From an uncultured Nitrososphaeraceae archaeon (GTDB lineage Archaea; Thermoproteota; Nitrososphaeria; Nitrososphaerales; Nitrososphaeraceae), in the NCBI GenBank assembly GCA_963837175.1, contig CAWIMJ010000050.1, positions 96,001 to 160,000 of the forward strand: a DNA stretch of 64,000 nucleotides. The letters run 5' to 3'. The notes beneath the pieces are model-generated. The model was given only the letters and a program-made list of their open reading frames with translations. It was not told the DNA's origin and searched no databases. Position 1 is the stretch's first letter; every line of letters begins with the position of its first letter. The translations under genes were made by a program, and so were the position numbers. Below are positions 11,008-21,189 of this stretch, one piece after another.

Positions 11008-11874
11008 CTAGTCTAACGATCTTATAATCAACTTCTTTATCTCTACATCTTTAGGACCTTCTTCTTCATCTGTATTCTGACCGTTTACTCTAACCCAGGC
11101 ATATGATTTCTTCAAGTATAGCGCTTTATCAAGCATGTAAGGTAATGGCTTTGGGTCTTTCCATCTTCCTACTTCTATAAAGTTACCGTTATTATCATAA
11201 TCAATCTCTAGCCACATCTCTACCTGTTTACCATCTGCAGTATCATGAACTGAATATCTAAGAGTGTAAATCTTGCCGTACTCCATCTTACGAGGTAGTT
11301 TAAAGTCTGGAAAACTTGTATGCACGTTGTGATATTCCTCTCTTGCTGCCTCAACTTTATCAAGAGCCACTGTAACGCCGTACCCACCGAAACGGTTCTC
11401 AGGCGGATCTGGCTCATTATGTCTAGAACGTAACCTAAGACTTAGTGTATTATCAAGTGATGGATTTGGAATGTATGATATCTCCATCTGTGCATTGTAG
11501 TTATTTACATGGATATAGATTCTTGCTCTATCCCCTGAAATCTTGGCCGTACCATCACCAGATACCTCAAACTTTCTACTAGAACCTGCTGCAACTTCTA
11601 CATTCTTGGAGTATGGGTCAAACTCATTAGCGCTGGTTATCGTTCTCTTTCTACCGTTATTCCACTTGCCATTAACATTAGAGTCCCATAGAACTGTGCC
11701 GTTTGCAGGTGGCGATGGTTGAGTAGTAGTGATAGTAGCAGGAGAAATGATATTTTTAAGCATCTCTCCGTATTGTGAAAGTGTTACGACCAGTATGGCC
11801 GCACCCACAATCACTGTACCTAATACTAGTGAAATCTTAATTTTATAATCCAACCGGAAATTCTCCACCATCAC
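11008..11874 (-). CDS. Membrane-anchored extracellular beta-rich hypothetical protein
   Basis: N-terminal TM helix, Pro/Thr linker (PATITTTQPSPP), then about 230 aa rich in beta-strand and aromatic residues. Confidence 0.75.
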   Translation of the reverse strand: MMVENFRLDYKIKISLVLGTVIVGAAILVVTLSQYGEMLKNIISPATITTTQPSPPANGTVLWDSNVNGKWNNGRKRTITSANEFDPYSKNVEVAAGSSRKFEVSGDGTAKISGDRARIYIHVNNYNAQMEISYIPNPSLDNTLSLRLRSRHNEPDPPENRFGGYGVTVALDKVEAAREEYHNVHTSFPDFKLPRKMEYGKIYTLRYSVHDTADGKQVEMWLEIDYDNNGNFIEVGRWKDPKPLPYMLDKALYLKKSYAWVRVNGQNTDEEEGPKDVEIKKLIIRSLD

Positions 11875-12747
11875 TTTCCTAATTCGTTTTATGTTGGCTA
11901 ATCAATACAACTATAGCAACAACCAGACAGACCTCAGCAAATTCTGAGTGTCATTCACGGAGCCTTGCCACCATTTTACTGTTACTGTTCTATCATCATA
12001 CATCAATAAATACAATGATTTGCAATATACTTTAATATTTCACAAGACTTCTCGAAGTCAAAAAATAAACCCTAAAAATGGTTATCATGTATACCGTTGT
12101 TGTCAGTATAACCCCTATTATAAAAGAAGCTTTCGAAAGATAAACTCTTTTAATAGTCCTTGTACATGTTCAGATAATTTTATTGATTAAAGTGACTTGC
12201 GAAGTTCTATACATATGCCATTACAATAAATCATAGGTCGTTATCACTTATCGGTGATATCAACACAAACATCAGAAGTAATCACGTGTAATTCTTCTAA
12301 TCTGACTTTTCTTTATAAATTCTGCTATTTTATTTAATATGACGTTAAGGCTGCTAGTTTAGAGCTTTCAATTGTTGCTTGAGTATGATATTCAGGCTGC
12401 CTATGAACTTGCTTTAGTATTATCTTACTGTAAATCAGTAATTCTGATATACTTTCTTCTTTTATCAATCCAGCTTTATATTCAAGCTTGGTTCGTATAA
12501 CAAAAATGCGTCATAATTGTCTATCGACAGTTTGTTGATAATAATCTGTTATCATTGAATTGGTAGTCTTGATTACTATTCTAAATTTGTGGCTTATTAA
12601 TATATTTGGGTCTTAAGTTTCATCGTATGTATCATTCTTATGGTTTAGTTTCTGCAAATATTATTACATGGTTAGTATATAGGAGAATTATTATCTAAGC
12701 TGCTATAACAATTCTTATATTATTACGCTGTTACCTTTTCTTATAAT

Positions 12748-14031
12748 ATGAAAGATATTGCGAATATTTCATTATCAATGCAAATGAATCCAAGATTATT
12801 ATATAAGATTGTTGCACTTGCATCTTGTTGTTATCTAATAATGTTAACATTTTTATTTTCTGCACATATTGTCCTGGCTCAGGAAGAAGACGATTCACCA
12901 AAGACCACAAAAAAACCCAGTAAAACAAACTTTAACTTTGCAGCCGCAGGAGATTGGGGATGTACAGATGACACAAGGAATACCGTAGACAACATGGTAG
13001 ACAAAAAACCAGAATTAGTACTTGCGCTGGGTGACTTTTCATACGAGCCTACTGCAGATTGTTGGCTTGATGTAATACAGCCTATAGATAATACTATAGA
13101 TAACGCAATGAAAATTGTAATAGGCAATCATGATATAGAAGACCTACAAAATTATATGAACCATTTTGGTCTTACAAAAGAGTATTACTCATTTGACTTT
13201 AAGAATGTTCACTTCATTGCACTTGGAACAGAAGAAGAATATCTTGATTTCAGTAATAATATAGCAAAAGAACAATTAGCGTTTGTACAAAGTGACTTAG
13301 AAAAAGCTTCAACTAATCCCGATATAGATTGGATTATACCATTCTTTCATAGACTAATGTATTATGATGATAATGGTCTGTGTGATAATCTAGTTGATGA
13401 ATATGACCATAATCTGGTAGATGTATACCATCCACTCTTTGAGAAATATGGAGTAAGTCTTGTGTTACATGGACATGCACACACATATGAGAGATCATAT
13501 CCACTTAAATTTAATTCTGGAGACAGTAAACAACCAATAGTAACAGATGAAGGTTCAAATAACTATCGTAGTGAAGATGGACTTGTAGTAGCTACAGTAG
13601 GTACTGGTGGTTCAAAATTTACCGAGACATGCCTTATCCCTGAATTGGCAGCAGTTCAGTATGCGAATTTATTTGGATTTTTAAATGTGGATGTATCATC
13701 TGATGGAAGAACACTAGTCGGTACATTTTATGATAATGCAGATGGACAAATAAAAGATACATTTACTATTACAAAATCATCGGTACCATCAGTAGAAAAT
13801 GAAAATGCTGATGATAATAATGACCATAACGACAAACAGATAATGACAAAAGATGAATTACAAAGTGAATCACAGAAGGACGACTCTGCGACCGATGAGG
13901 AAGTATCAACAACAACAACAGAACCTAGTGAGAAAAATGGAAATGAAGAATTTAGTATAGGAAATCAGGATAATAAGTATAAATATGATATCGCATTTGA
14001 TAATATTAATACATATAGTAACAGAGGCTAA
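12748..14031 (+). CDS. Secreted metallophosphoesterase, PAP-like, with acidic C-terminal tail (copy 2)
   Basis: Signal peptide; GDWG, GDFSY, GNHD, FFH, GHAH; D/E/N-rich tail. Confidence 0.9.
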   Translation: MKDIANISLSMQMNPRLLYKIVALASCCYLIMLTFLFSAHIVLAQEEDDSPKTTKKPSKTNFNFAAAGDWGCTDDTRNTVDNMVDKKPELVLALGDFSYEPTADCWLDVIQPIDNTIDNAMKIVIGNHDIEDLQNYMNHFGLTKEYYSFDFKNVHFIALGTEEEYLDFSNNIAKEQLAFVQSDLEKASTNPDIDWIIPFFHRLMYYDDNGLCDNLVDEYDHNLVDVYHPLFEKYGVSLVLHGHAHTYERSYPLKFNSGDSKQPIVTDEGSNNYRSEDGLVVATVGTGGSKFTETCLIPELAAVQYANLFGFLNVDVSSDGRTLVGTFYDNADGQIKDTFTITKSSVPSVENENADDNNDHNDKQIMTKDELQSESQKDDSATDEEVSTTTTEPSEKNGNEEFSIGNQDNKYKYDIAFDNINTYSNRG

Positions 14032-14426
14032 TACCAATGAAAAACAAATATCCATTTTTTATTACTCTTACTATTTATGGTAGCCTATATTGATTATAGG
14101 AACAGGAACAGAATAACGAAGCTGAATACACTCTCTCAATTTTCATTATATTTGACAGCGATTATGCGTCAATCTACTTCTAATAACAACATAATATTAA
14201 TAATAATAAACAATCCAAGAGTGTAGTGATTGCCAAAACAGTAGATCAAACAGTTGATAATTGTCCTGAAGTTTTAGAATAAGAATAGGACAAATTATAG
14301 GCACAAAAAGAAGATTCTACACCAAATAATTTCTAGATAAAAGATAGAAGCACACTGATAGTGATTAATGTTACTATTATTTGTTTACAAATATCAATAT
14401 TTGGTATTAATTAGGTATCATTTTAG

Positions 14427-15116
14427 ATGTATGAACAGAAAATGATAGTAGTAGTTGTTTTGTCCGGAGTAGTAGCAATGTTATTTTTATTGTTTTCAGT
14501 TACTCCTGCCACTATTACCAACATCCATCAACAAGAAGCGTCCGCCTTTTTCCATGAAAAGTTGTTTGGAGGTAGTAGGAATTCTGACGCTCAACTTACA
14601 ACTGATATTAAACCCACAAATACAACTACGACTACTGCCACTTCCAAACAGACTGGAACTCCAGATAATGACGATATGAGGGGTTCAGATCAAAATGATG
14701 TTATAGTAGGTCTTGCTGGAAAGGATATAATTACAGGACAAGCAGGAGATGATAAAATTGATGGTTCTGAAGGAAATGATTACATAATTGGAGGCCCAGA
14801 CAATGATACTCTAATTGGTGGAGCTGGTATTGATGTAATTGAAGGTAATGCAGGAATTGACAATATATATGGTTCTGAAGGAAATGATTACATAATTGGT
14901 GGCCAAGGTGCGGATACTCTTAAAGGCGCAGCTGGCAATGATACTCTAATTGGTGGTCCAGGGGCTGATACTCTTGTTGGTGGCCCAGGTCAGGATAAGT
15001 TTATCTGCGATCAAGGAAATGATATAGTTTTAGATTTTAATGCTACTGAAGGCGACATTAAATCAAATGACTGCGAAGATAATACTAATAATAATAATAA
15101 TATAGCAGGAGAATAA
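14427..15116 (+). CDS. Secreted RTX/haemolysin-type Ca-binding repeat protein
   Basis: Signal peptide, Thr linker, GGxGxDxLx repeats, C-terminal ICDQGNDIVLDFN...NDCE. Confidence 0.88.
   Translation: MYEQKMIVVVVLSGVVAMLFLLFSVTPATITNIHQQEASAFFHEKLFGGSRNSDAQLTTDIKPTNTTTTTATSKQTGTPDNDDMRGSDQNDVIVGLAGKDIITGQAGDDKIDGSEGNDYIIGGPDNDTLIGGAGIDVIEGNAGIDNIYGSEGNDYIIGGQGADTLKGAAGNDTLIGGPGADTLVGGPGQDKFICDQGNDIVLDFNATEGDIKSNDCEDNTNNNNNIAGE
14761..14956 (+). repeat. Internal duplications within the RTX gene
   Basis: 31-bp identical copies at 14761 and 14869 (108-bp period); 21-bp identical copies at 14801 and 14936 (135-bp period). Confidence 0.85.
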
Positions 15117-15151
15117 ACTGTCACTGATTAAGGGTAATGCTAATATTATTA

Positions 15152-15526
15152 TTATAGGAACCGCAAGTACAACACCTTTATTAAAATAAGAAATTGGCTA
15201 CCAATAGCTTCAGAAGTATTACTCCACATAAATTCAGGCTCACTGTATTTTTCTTTCCCATCAAAGTTTTCTAAATCATCCTCAGGATCAAATCCGTTGA
15301 CAAGAAAAGCAATTTCCATCATCTGTTTCAATCCACCCTTAAATCCTGGTTCAACAAGATTGATTTCATCACTAAAGACTGGACCATTTTTTATATCCCA
15401 TAGCTTTCTTGTAAAAGGATCAAAACCAATTCCAAAACTATTCTTTAATCTATAGGCATAGTATCTGTTTAGAGGAGCATCATTTGCAAGTATACTTTTA
15501 TTCTTATTGTCCTGGCTCTTTAGTGG
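15152..15526 (-). pseudogene. Internal fragment of a second PQQ sugar dehydrogenase
   Basis: Translates ILANDAPLNRYYAYRLKNSFGIGFDPFTRKLWDIKNGPVFSDEINLVEPGF...KYSEPEFMW, matching the 1657-3048 protein; no N-terminus. Confidence 0.85.
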
Positions 15527-17473
15527 TTAAACCATAATTTGCGGTCTATTTGAGAGATTCTTTGGAAGGTTTAATGGGAGATAAGGCTTGCTATTAGTCT
15601 GGATCTTTATTTCGTTAACAAGGTCTTCCATTTTAACATCGTTGCGTTGTTTCTTCTCGTTTCTATCTCTAACAATAAATTTTTGACTTTGCAGTTCTTT
15701 ATCGCCAATCACCAAAGTATAGCGAATCCATTCTGTCTCCGATTCTCTGATTTTTTTCCCAACTGATTCATCTCTATCATCAATGTCTGCTCTAATCTGT
15801 ACATTTGAAAGCTCTGTAGCTATTTTTTCACACAGATCTATATGCTGCTTACCAACTGGAATTAGGCGGACTTGGGTATGAGCTAGCCAGAGGGGAAAGG
15901 AAGCTATTCCACCAGCCTTTGAAATTTTAGCCGATCTTTCTAACAATGCGTAAATTATTCGTTCTACTGCACCGCTAGGCGAATTATGTAATATGATCGG
16001 ATTCTTGCGACTTCCATCTTCATCTACAAATTCTATTTTGTAACGAATGCCATTTTCTACATCTATCTGATCTGTAGAGAGTGCAGCAGCCTTGTCTGAG
16101 TTATCGATGAAATTAAACTCCCACTTCAATGTAAAATAAAAGAATCGCTCTTTCCACATCTCAACTATAATAGGCTTACCGAATCGGCTAACGATCTTAT
16201 TTATAAAATCCTTGTTTTCATTGTAAAAATCCTCTGTAAATCTTATTGCCATCTCTATGTCATCATTGGTTGACAATCCTAATTCATTTATCACAGTAAT
16301 CGATAATTCCAGTCTCTTCAAAAATTCTTCTTTAGCCTGGTCTAAGTCTCGGCAGATAGCATGGCAATCAGGCATACTAAAAGCTCTCAAACGTCTAAGA
16401 CCAACTAATTCTCCTCTTTTTTCATTTCTAAAACTATACCTAGTGAGTTCATATAATTTTAGTGGGAGGTGCTTATAAGATATTTGAAAATCCTTAGCCA
16501 TCAAAAATTGACCAAAGCAAGCAGCAAATCTCAAAAAAAGTTGTTTATTATCTGATGTTATATTATACTGACGCGCAGGAAATCGGTTAAAGTAACTTTC
16601 CATAGATGGATGTTTAGAATCATACATTATAGGAGTCTCGACTTCTATACCTCCATATTCCATTACTTTTTTAGTAACGTATTGTTCGATTAGTGACTTC
16701 ATTAATCTACCTTTTGGATAAAACCTCATATTTCCGAGATCGGAGGCTGGTTCATAATCTGCTATTGACAGCTTTTTCATTAATTTAACATGAGAAGGCA
16801 CTTCATCAACTGTCCTCTTCTTGGCCATCTCATAACTGGCAAGGATCTGCAGGTTTTGTTCTTGTTTTTTGAATTCAAATGTTCCCATAGGAGATAATTC
16901 ACCTCCAGGCCTGAGAATATACCAAGATGACTGTTGTTTTTCTTCTGCCTTTAAAGCAGTTGATAATTGCTCTTCAGTATGTTCACCATCCGCAACATTA
17001 CTAGTTGTGGCATTATTCTTATCTACAGTCTCATGCAAAATAACGCCCGAAGTAGTCTTCTGCTTTGTTAACACTTTGGCGCTTTCTGCCAAAGGATGTC
17101 CTTTGACCTTGATATTAAATGCCTTTGTCCAGCCAAAAGGTGCCATACTTACAACTACTTTCATGTCTTTTGCCAATCTCTCCGTTAATTTTAAGAGTTC
17201 ATAAGCGTATTTAGCAGAAGCAAGGTCAGAACTCAGATGCGCATACGGATAAATAAGTAGTCTTTTACTTTTCACAGTATCAAGATATTTTTTAATCTCC
17301 TCAACTGCAGCCTTTGCAACACTTTCATCATCTCCATGCTCCACAGCAATAAATGTAACAACAAGATCTTCATATCGAACCTTGGATCCATAGATATTTT
17401 CCTCTGCATCTTTAATTTCTTTAGATATGGGTTCGTATTCAATGAAATCTGAATGAAGATTAAGCATGCGCAT
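15527..17473 (-). CDS. thrS: Threonine--tRNA ligase (archaeal type, N-terminal editing domain)
   Basis: MRMLNLHSDFIEY, YPYAHLSS, FGWTKAF, LRFAACFG, GLRRLRAFSMPDCH, HNSPSGAVER. Confidence 0.97.
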   Translation of the reverse strand: MRMLNLHSDFIEYEPISKEIKDAEENIYGSKVRYEDLVVTFIAVEHGDDESVAKAAVEEIKKYLDTVKSKRLLIYPYAHLSSDLASAKYAYELLKLTERLAKDMKVVVSMAPFGWTKAFNIKVKGHPLAESAKVLTKQKTTSGVILHETVDKNNATTSNVADGEHTEEQLSTALKAEEKQQSSWYILRPGGELSPMGTFEFKKQEQNLQILASYEMAKKRTVDEVPSHVKLMKKLSIADYEPASDLGNMRFYPKGRLMKSLIEQYVTKKVMEYGGIEVETPIMYDSKHPSMESYFNRFPARQYNITSDNKQLFLRFAACFGQFLMAKDFQISYKHLPLKLYELTRYSFRNEKRGELVGLRRLRAFSMPDCHAICRDLDQAKEEFLKRLELSITVINELGLSTNDDIEMAIRFTEDFYNENKDFINKIVSRFGKPIIVEMWKERFFYFTLKWEFNFIDNSDKAAALSTDQIDVENGIRYKIEFVDEDGSRKNPIILHNSPSGAVERIIYALLERSAKISKAGGIASFPLWLAHTQVRLIPVGKQHIDLCEKIATELSNVQIRADIDDRDESVGKKIRESETEWIRYTLVIGDKELQSQKFIVRDRNEKKQRNDVKMEDLVNEIKIQTNSKPYLPLNLPKNLSNRPQIMV

Positions 17474-17719
17474 ATAATTTCTTGAACACGAAAGTAGTCG
17501 AGCCGAATTAAAGGTTTTTGATTGTTTTTATCTAATAAAGAGACAAATAAGAAAGGCTCATTTATAAATTTGGATAAGAAGTAAAAGCAGGCATATGAAA
17601 TATATTATTTTATATTGTCATAAGTTCCTTAGTTTTTCCCTTTCCTTTATATATCATATGCAATACAATCATAATTATTTTATATAATAAATAGAGTAAC
17701 CAAGAATTAACATCGTATA

Positions 17720-17929
17720 TCAGTCCCAACGAGCTCGTTCATTTTCCCGCTCGCTTTTGGAAGCCTTTTTCCACTCTCTGTAGTGTGCTTTACAAAGATA
17801 AATTCTTTTATTTGTTGAATCGAGATCCATATTTACTGCCATACTTGCTTTGCTTCCACTCATTGAACGTTGGGCCATTTGATCACAGCCCTGAATACTA
17901 CAGTTGACTCCTTTATCTACTCGACCCAT
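17720..17929 (-). CDS. Small putative Zn-binding conserved protein
   Basis: C-x4-C ... LCKAHY; basic C-terminus; co-oriented upstream of thrS. Confidence 0.75.
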   Translation of the reverse strand: MGRVDKGVNCSIQGCDQMAQRSMSGSKASMAVNMDLDSTNKRIYLCKAHYREWKKASKSERENERARWD

Positions 17930-18269
17930 TTTATCTGGAAATTACTATTGAAGTATAAAAACCTGATCTGAACTGGCTATAAATATCGGTATATCTTTTA
18001 TCTTTGAATCAGTACCATGATAGGAATGCTTTGCTATAGATACTTTTACTCTTTTGCGTCTCTGCATTTTGCCAACACCGTTATGCCTATATTTTGTTTT
18101 TAAGAAAAAAAGGCATAACTCTTTCTTATAATACTAGATTGTGCTGAATTACAAGTAAATCCATAATATTATATTATTTATTTTATTTTTTTATGTAAAA
18201 TCATCGTATGATTTGACGCCGTTCATTTAGTTATTGTTTCCGATAATCATTTTGTTATTTTTGTTATAC

Positions 18270-18515
18270 ATATTTATATGTGACAAGAGAAGAACTAACT
18301 TCCTCACCTGTTTTAGTTATGGCTTTCCTTTCTGCACAAGAAAATAGTCCATCAAAACATTCTATTCCAGCTTTGACATTTTTATGGATTGTATGCCACA
18401 TGCTTTTTCATAAGATAAAGGTGTAATAGATGGTTTTTTTATTCAGTAATTTACAGCTACATCCATTAGTTTGGTAATATAATCTCAGAAATTGGATGTT
18501 TTCTTCCTTATTAAA
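18270..18515 (-). mobile_element. Highly decayed IS6-family transposase remnant (boundaries approximate)
   Basis: Broken frames give GRKHPIS, SYEK and KAGIECFDGLFSC, colinear with the better-preserved copy at 31341-32140. Confidence 0.55.
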
Positions 18516-18774
18516 AAATATACAATTGAAAATTATATACGACAACATATAGCCATGCATATGCAAAAACACACTACTTTTCAAGAAATACAAGGGTCTT
18601 TAGCTATAAACTCATTGTAAGTGAATAGACACTATACCTACCAAAGGAATAAAATTTCTACTATTCTATCTGTTATTACAAACCAATCCAAAGAATCGAT
18701 AATTTGAAATCTGTCTCTTAATAATCTAAGGGAACTAATTATAGTGGAGTACTCTAGTTAGCAGAATTATAAAA

Positions 18775-20067
18775 CTAATCCAATAAATTCTCCTGAAAGG
18801 TCCATTTTTTGTTGAGTAAAAAGTTACTTATTGATGCAATTGCAATTGCAATGATTAAGGATACTCTATATTGTATTCCATAGTCTATTACTAGTAGATA
18901 TAATAGCAATAATTGAATACTAGCGCCTACGGCGCTGATACCTGCAAATGAGCAATACTGTTTCAAAGTCTTTCTTACAGATAAATCCCTATCTTCAAAA
19001 GTCCATATCTTGTTTAAGAAGAAGTTGGAGGTCGTTGATATAATTATTCCAACAAGTGTAGCCTGAAGATACCAGGTATTAGATAGAGATTTCACGGAGT
19101 TTGCAACATTATCGGCCAGCAAAAATGATACCAGATAATTTATCAGCAATCCGCTTGCGCCAACTGTGTAAAATCTGCTGGCCTTAGATAATAGTAACAC
19201 AGATTTGCGTCTCTCATCCTTCTTTTGTGAGCGCCGTTTTGATTTCTGTCCATATCTGTAAAGCTGCCAAACAGCTCCAGCATAATCAAGTATTACATTG
19301 AAATTCATCTTGCTTTGGCCAGATTTTCTATCGCGAAAGGTATACGGAACTTCTCTTACTCTAATATCTCTTGACTTTACTAATATTTCTAATAGTATTT
19401 TAAATCCCTTAGTATCAAATTTTATATTCTTTATCACATGACGAGGAAATGCAAAGAAACCAGACATAGGATCGCTAACATTGCGTACCTTCAATCCATG
19501 TCTTGCAATTTTAGCTGCTCCTTTGCTAATAACACGTCGTTTATATGGCCAGCCTATTATCGATCCACGGCTAATATACCGTGAGCCAATAACTATGCAA
19601 TTCGGATCCTTTCTTAACTCTTCTACTAACAGTGGTATAGTCTCTGGCGGATGAGAAAAATCAGCATCCATTATCAAGATACTCGCTCCCCTGGAAGATT
19701 CTATTCCTTCTAGAATCGCAGGAATAAGACCAGTCTTATCTTTTCTATGGATGACTCTGACTAAATATTTTTGGTTATCAACTTTAGAATGAATATGCTG
19801 CTGCAATGATGAATCAGTATCGATATTATTATGGATATAGTTTTCAACTATTTTGCCGGTCTCATCAGGAGAATTGTCATCGACTACTATAATTTCTGAA
19901 GTGATATTGGATGGAAGATTGCCCTTTATTGCATCTATCAGTTTCAGGATATTTTCAGATTCATTGTACGTTGGTATTATAATAGATAAGGTTGGTAATT
20001 TTGTATCTGATGCTAATTCTTCTGTATGTCCTAATTCCACTGTATCTATAGTTTTGCCATTAACCAT
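18775..20067 (-). CDS. Dolichol/polyprenol-phosphate mannosyltransferase-like GT2 fused to a GtrA-like membrane domain
   Basis: IIIPTYNE, VVDDNSPDET, MDADFSHPP, IGSRY, DPMSGFF, GFKILLE; C-terminal GtrA-like helices (VGASGLLIN, SNFLLNKKWTF). Confidence 0.9.
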   Translation of the reverse strand: MVNGKTIDTVELGHTEELASDTKLPTLSIIIPTYNESENILKLIDAIKGNLPSNITSEIIVVDDNSPDETGKIVENYIHNNIDTDSSLQQHIHSKVDNQKYLVRVIHRKDKTGLIPAILEGIESSRGASILIMDADFSHPPETIPLLVEELRKDPNCIVIGSRYISRGSIIGWPYKRRVISKGAAKIARHGLKVRNVSDPMSGFFAFPRHVIKNIKFDTKGFKILLEILVKSRDIRVREVPYTFRDRKSGQSKMNFNVILDYAGAVWQLYRYGQKSKRRSQKKDERRKSVLLLSKASRFYTVGASGLLINYLVSFLLADNVANSVKSLSNTWYLQATLVGIIISTTSNFFLNKIWTFEDRDLSVRKTLKQYCSFAGISAVGASIQLLLLYLLVIDYGIQYRVSLIIAIAIASISNFLLNKKWTFQENLLD

Positions 20068-20218
20068 CTATTAAGATTATGACTAAATAAACCAATATTT
20101 CTTATAGCTCTATCTACTTAAATAAGGATGTATTAAAGTAAATATTAAAAAAGGAATAGTAGAATAATACTTCACCTATGATATCAAGTCTTATGTTTTG
20201 CCAAGTTTAATTATCAAG

Positions 20219-21094
20219 TTACTTGTAAATAGTAAACTGGTCTATTGTCGTCCCATCTGCATTATCATAAAACTTGCCTGTTAGTGTTCTTCCATTATTT
20301 GTAATATCTACATTCAGCATACCAAAACCAATATACTGTTTAACAAAATAATCTTCTTTACCTCTAAAAGGATAAAGACTATCTCCTCCTGTGCCTACTG
20401 TAACAAATATCTGCCCATCAGGATCTGTATAGTTGGTTGTATTTGTACTGGTTTCTATTGGATGGCCTGGATTAACACTATTGAATTTGATAGGATATGT
20501 TCTCTGATAGTTGTGATTATGTCCTTGAAGTACAAGGTCTACTCCATACTGTTCAAACATAGGATGATAGATACTTCTTAAGAAAGTAATAGCAGGATGC
20601 GTACTTGGTAAGGTATACATTGGTCTATGGTAATATGCTATAATCCAATCTATGTTTGGATTTGATGCTGCCTTTGAAAGATTGTCCTTGACAAATTTAT
20701 ATTGTGCAGAATTTACATTGAATGAAACTTCTGTTGAAAGTGCAAGAAAGTGAATATTTTGGAGATCAAATGAATAATATTGTTCTCTGAGTCCAAAGTG
20801 GTTCATAAATGCAGGCAGCTTTTCATCGTCTCGATCATGATTTCCTATTGCAATTTTCATTTTTTCATCTATAGTATCTATTCTTTGAAACCAGCAATCT
20901 GCAGTACTTTCATAGGAGTAGTCACCTAACCCCAGCACTAATTCTGGTTTCTTGTCTACCATGTTGTCTACGGTATTCCTTGTGTCATCTGTACATCCCC
21001 AATCTCCCGCCGCTGCAAAGTTAAATTCGGAAGGAGTAATAAATGTGGGATGTGGTCTCATAGCAATAGATATAATTGTTATCGTTATCATCAA
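20219..21094 (-). CDS. Metallophosphoesterase, PAP-like (copy 3); true start may be a few codons upstream
   Basis: GDWG, GDYSY, GNHD, YYH, GHNH; hydrophobic N-terminus. Confidence 0.88.
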   Translation of the reverse strand: MMITITIISIAMRPHPTFITPSEFNFAAAGDWGCTDDTRNTVDNMVDKKPELVLGLGDYSYESTADCWFQRIDTIDEKMKIAIGNHDRDDEKLPAFMNHFGLREQYYSFDLQNIHFLALSTEVSFNVNSAQYKFVKDNLSKAASNPNIDWIIAYYHRPMYTLPSTHPAITFLRSIYHPMFEQYGVDLVLQGHNHNYQRTYPIKFNSVNPGHPIETSTNTTNYTDPDGQIFVTVGTGGDSLYPFRGKEDYFVKQYIGFGMLNVDITNNGRTLTGKFYDNADGTTIDQFTIYK

Positions 21095-21189
21095 AGCAGA
21101 AACAGCAAAAATAATGACTAAAAACTTATTCAGTTATGGTGCCTCCTGTATCTACGCAGGCTTTATCCTTGAAATCTCCATAATAATCC

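Noticed and set aside
11945-12560. Decayed minus-strand reading frame and an IS6-IR-like GGCTCCGTGAA near 11955-11965
   Set aside because: No partner IR and no transposase motifs found
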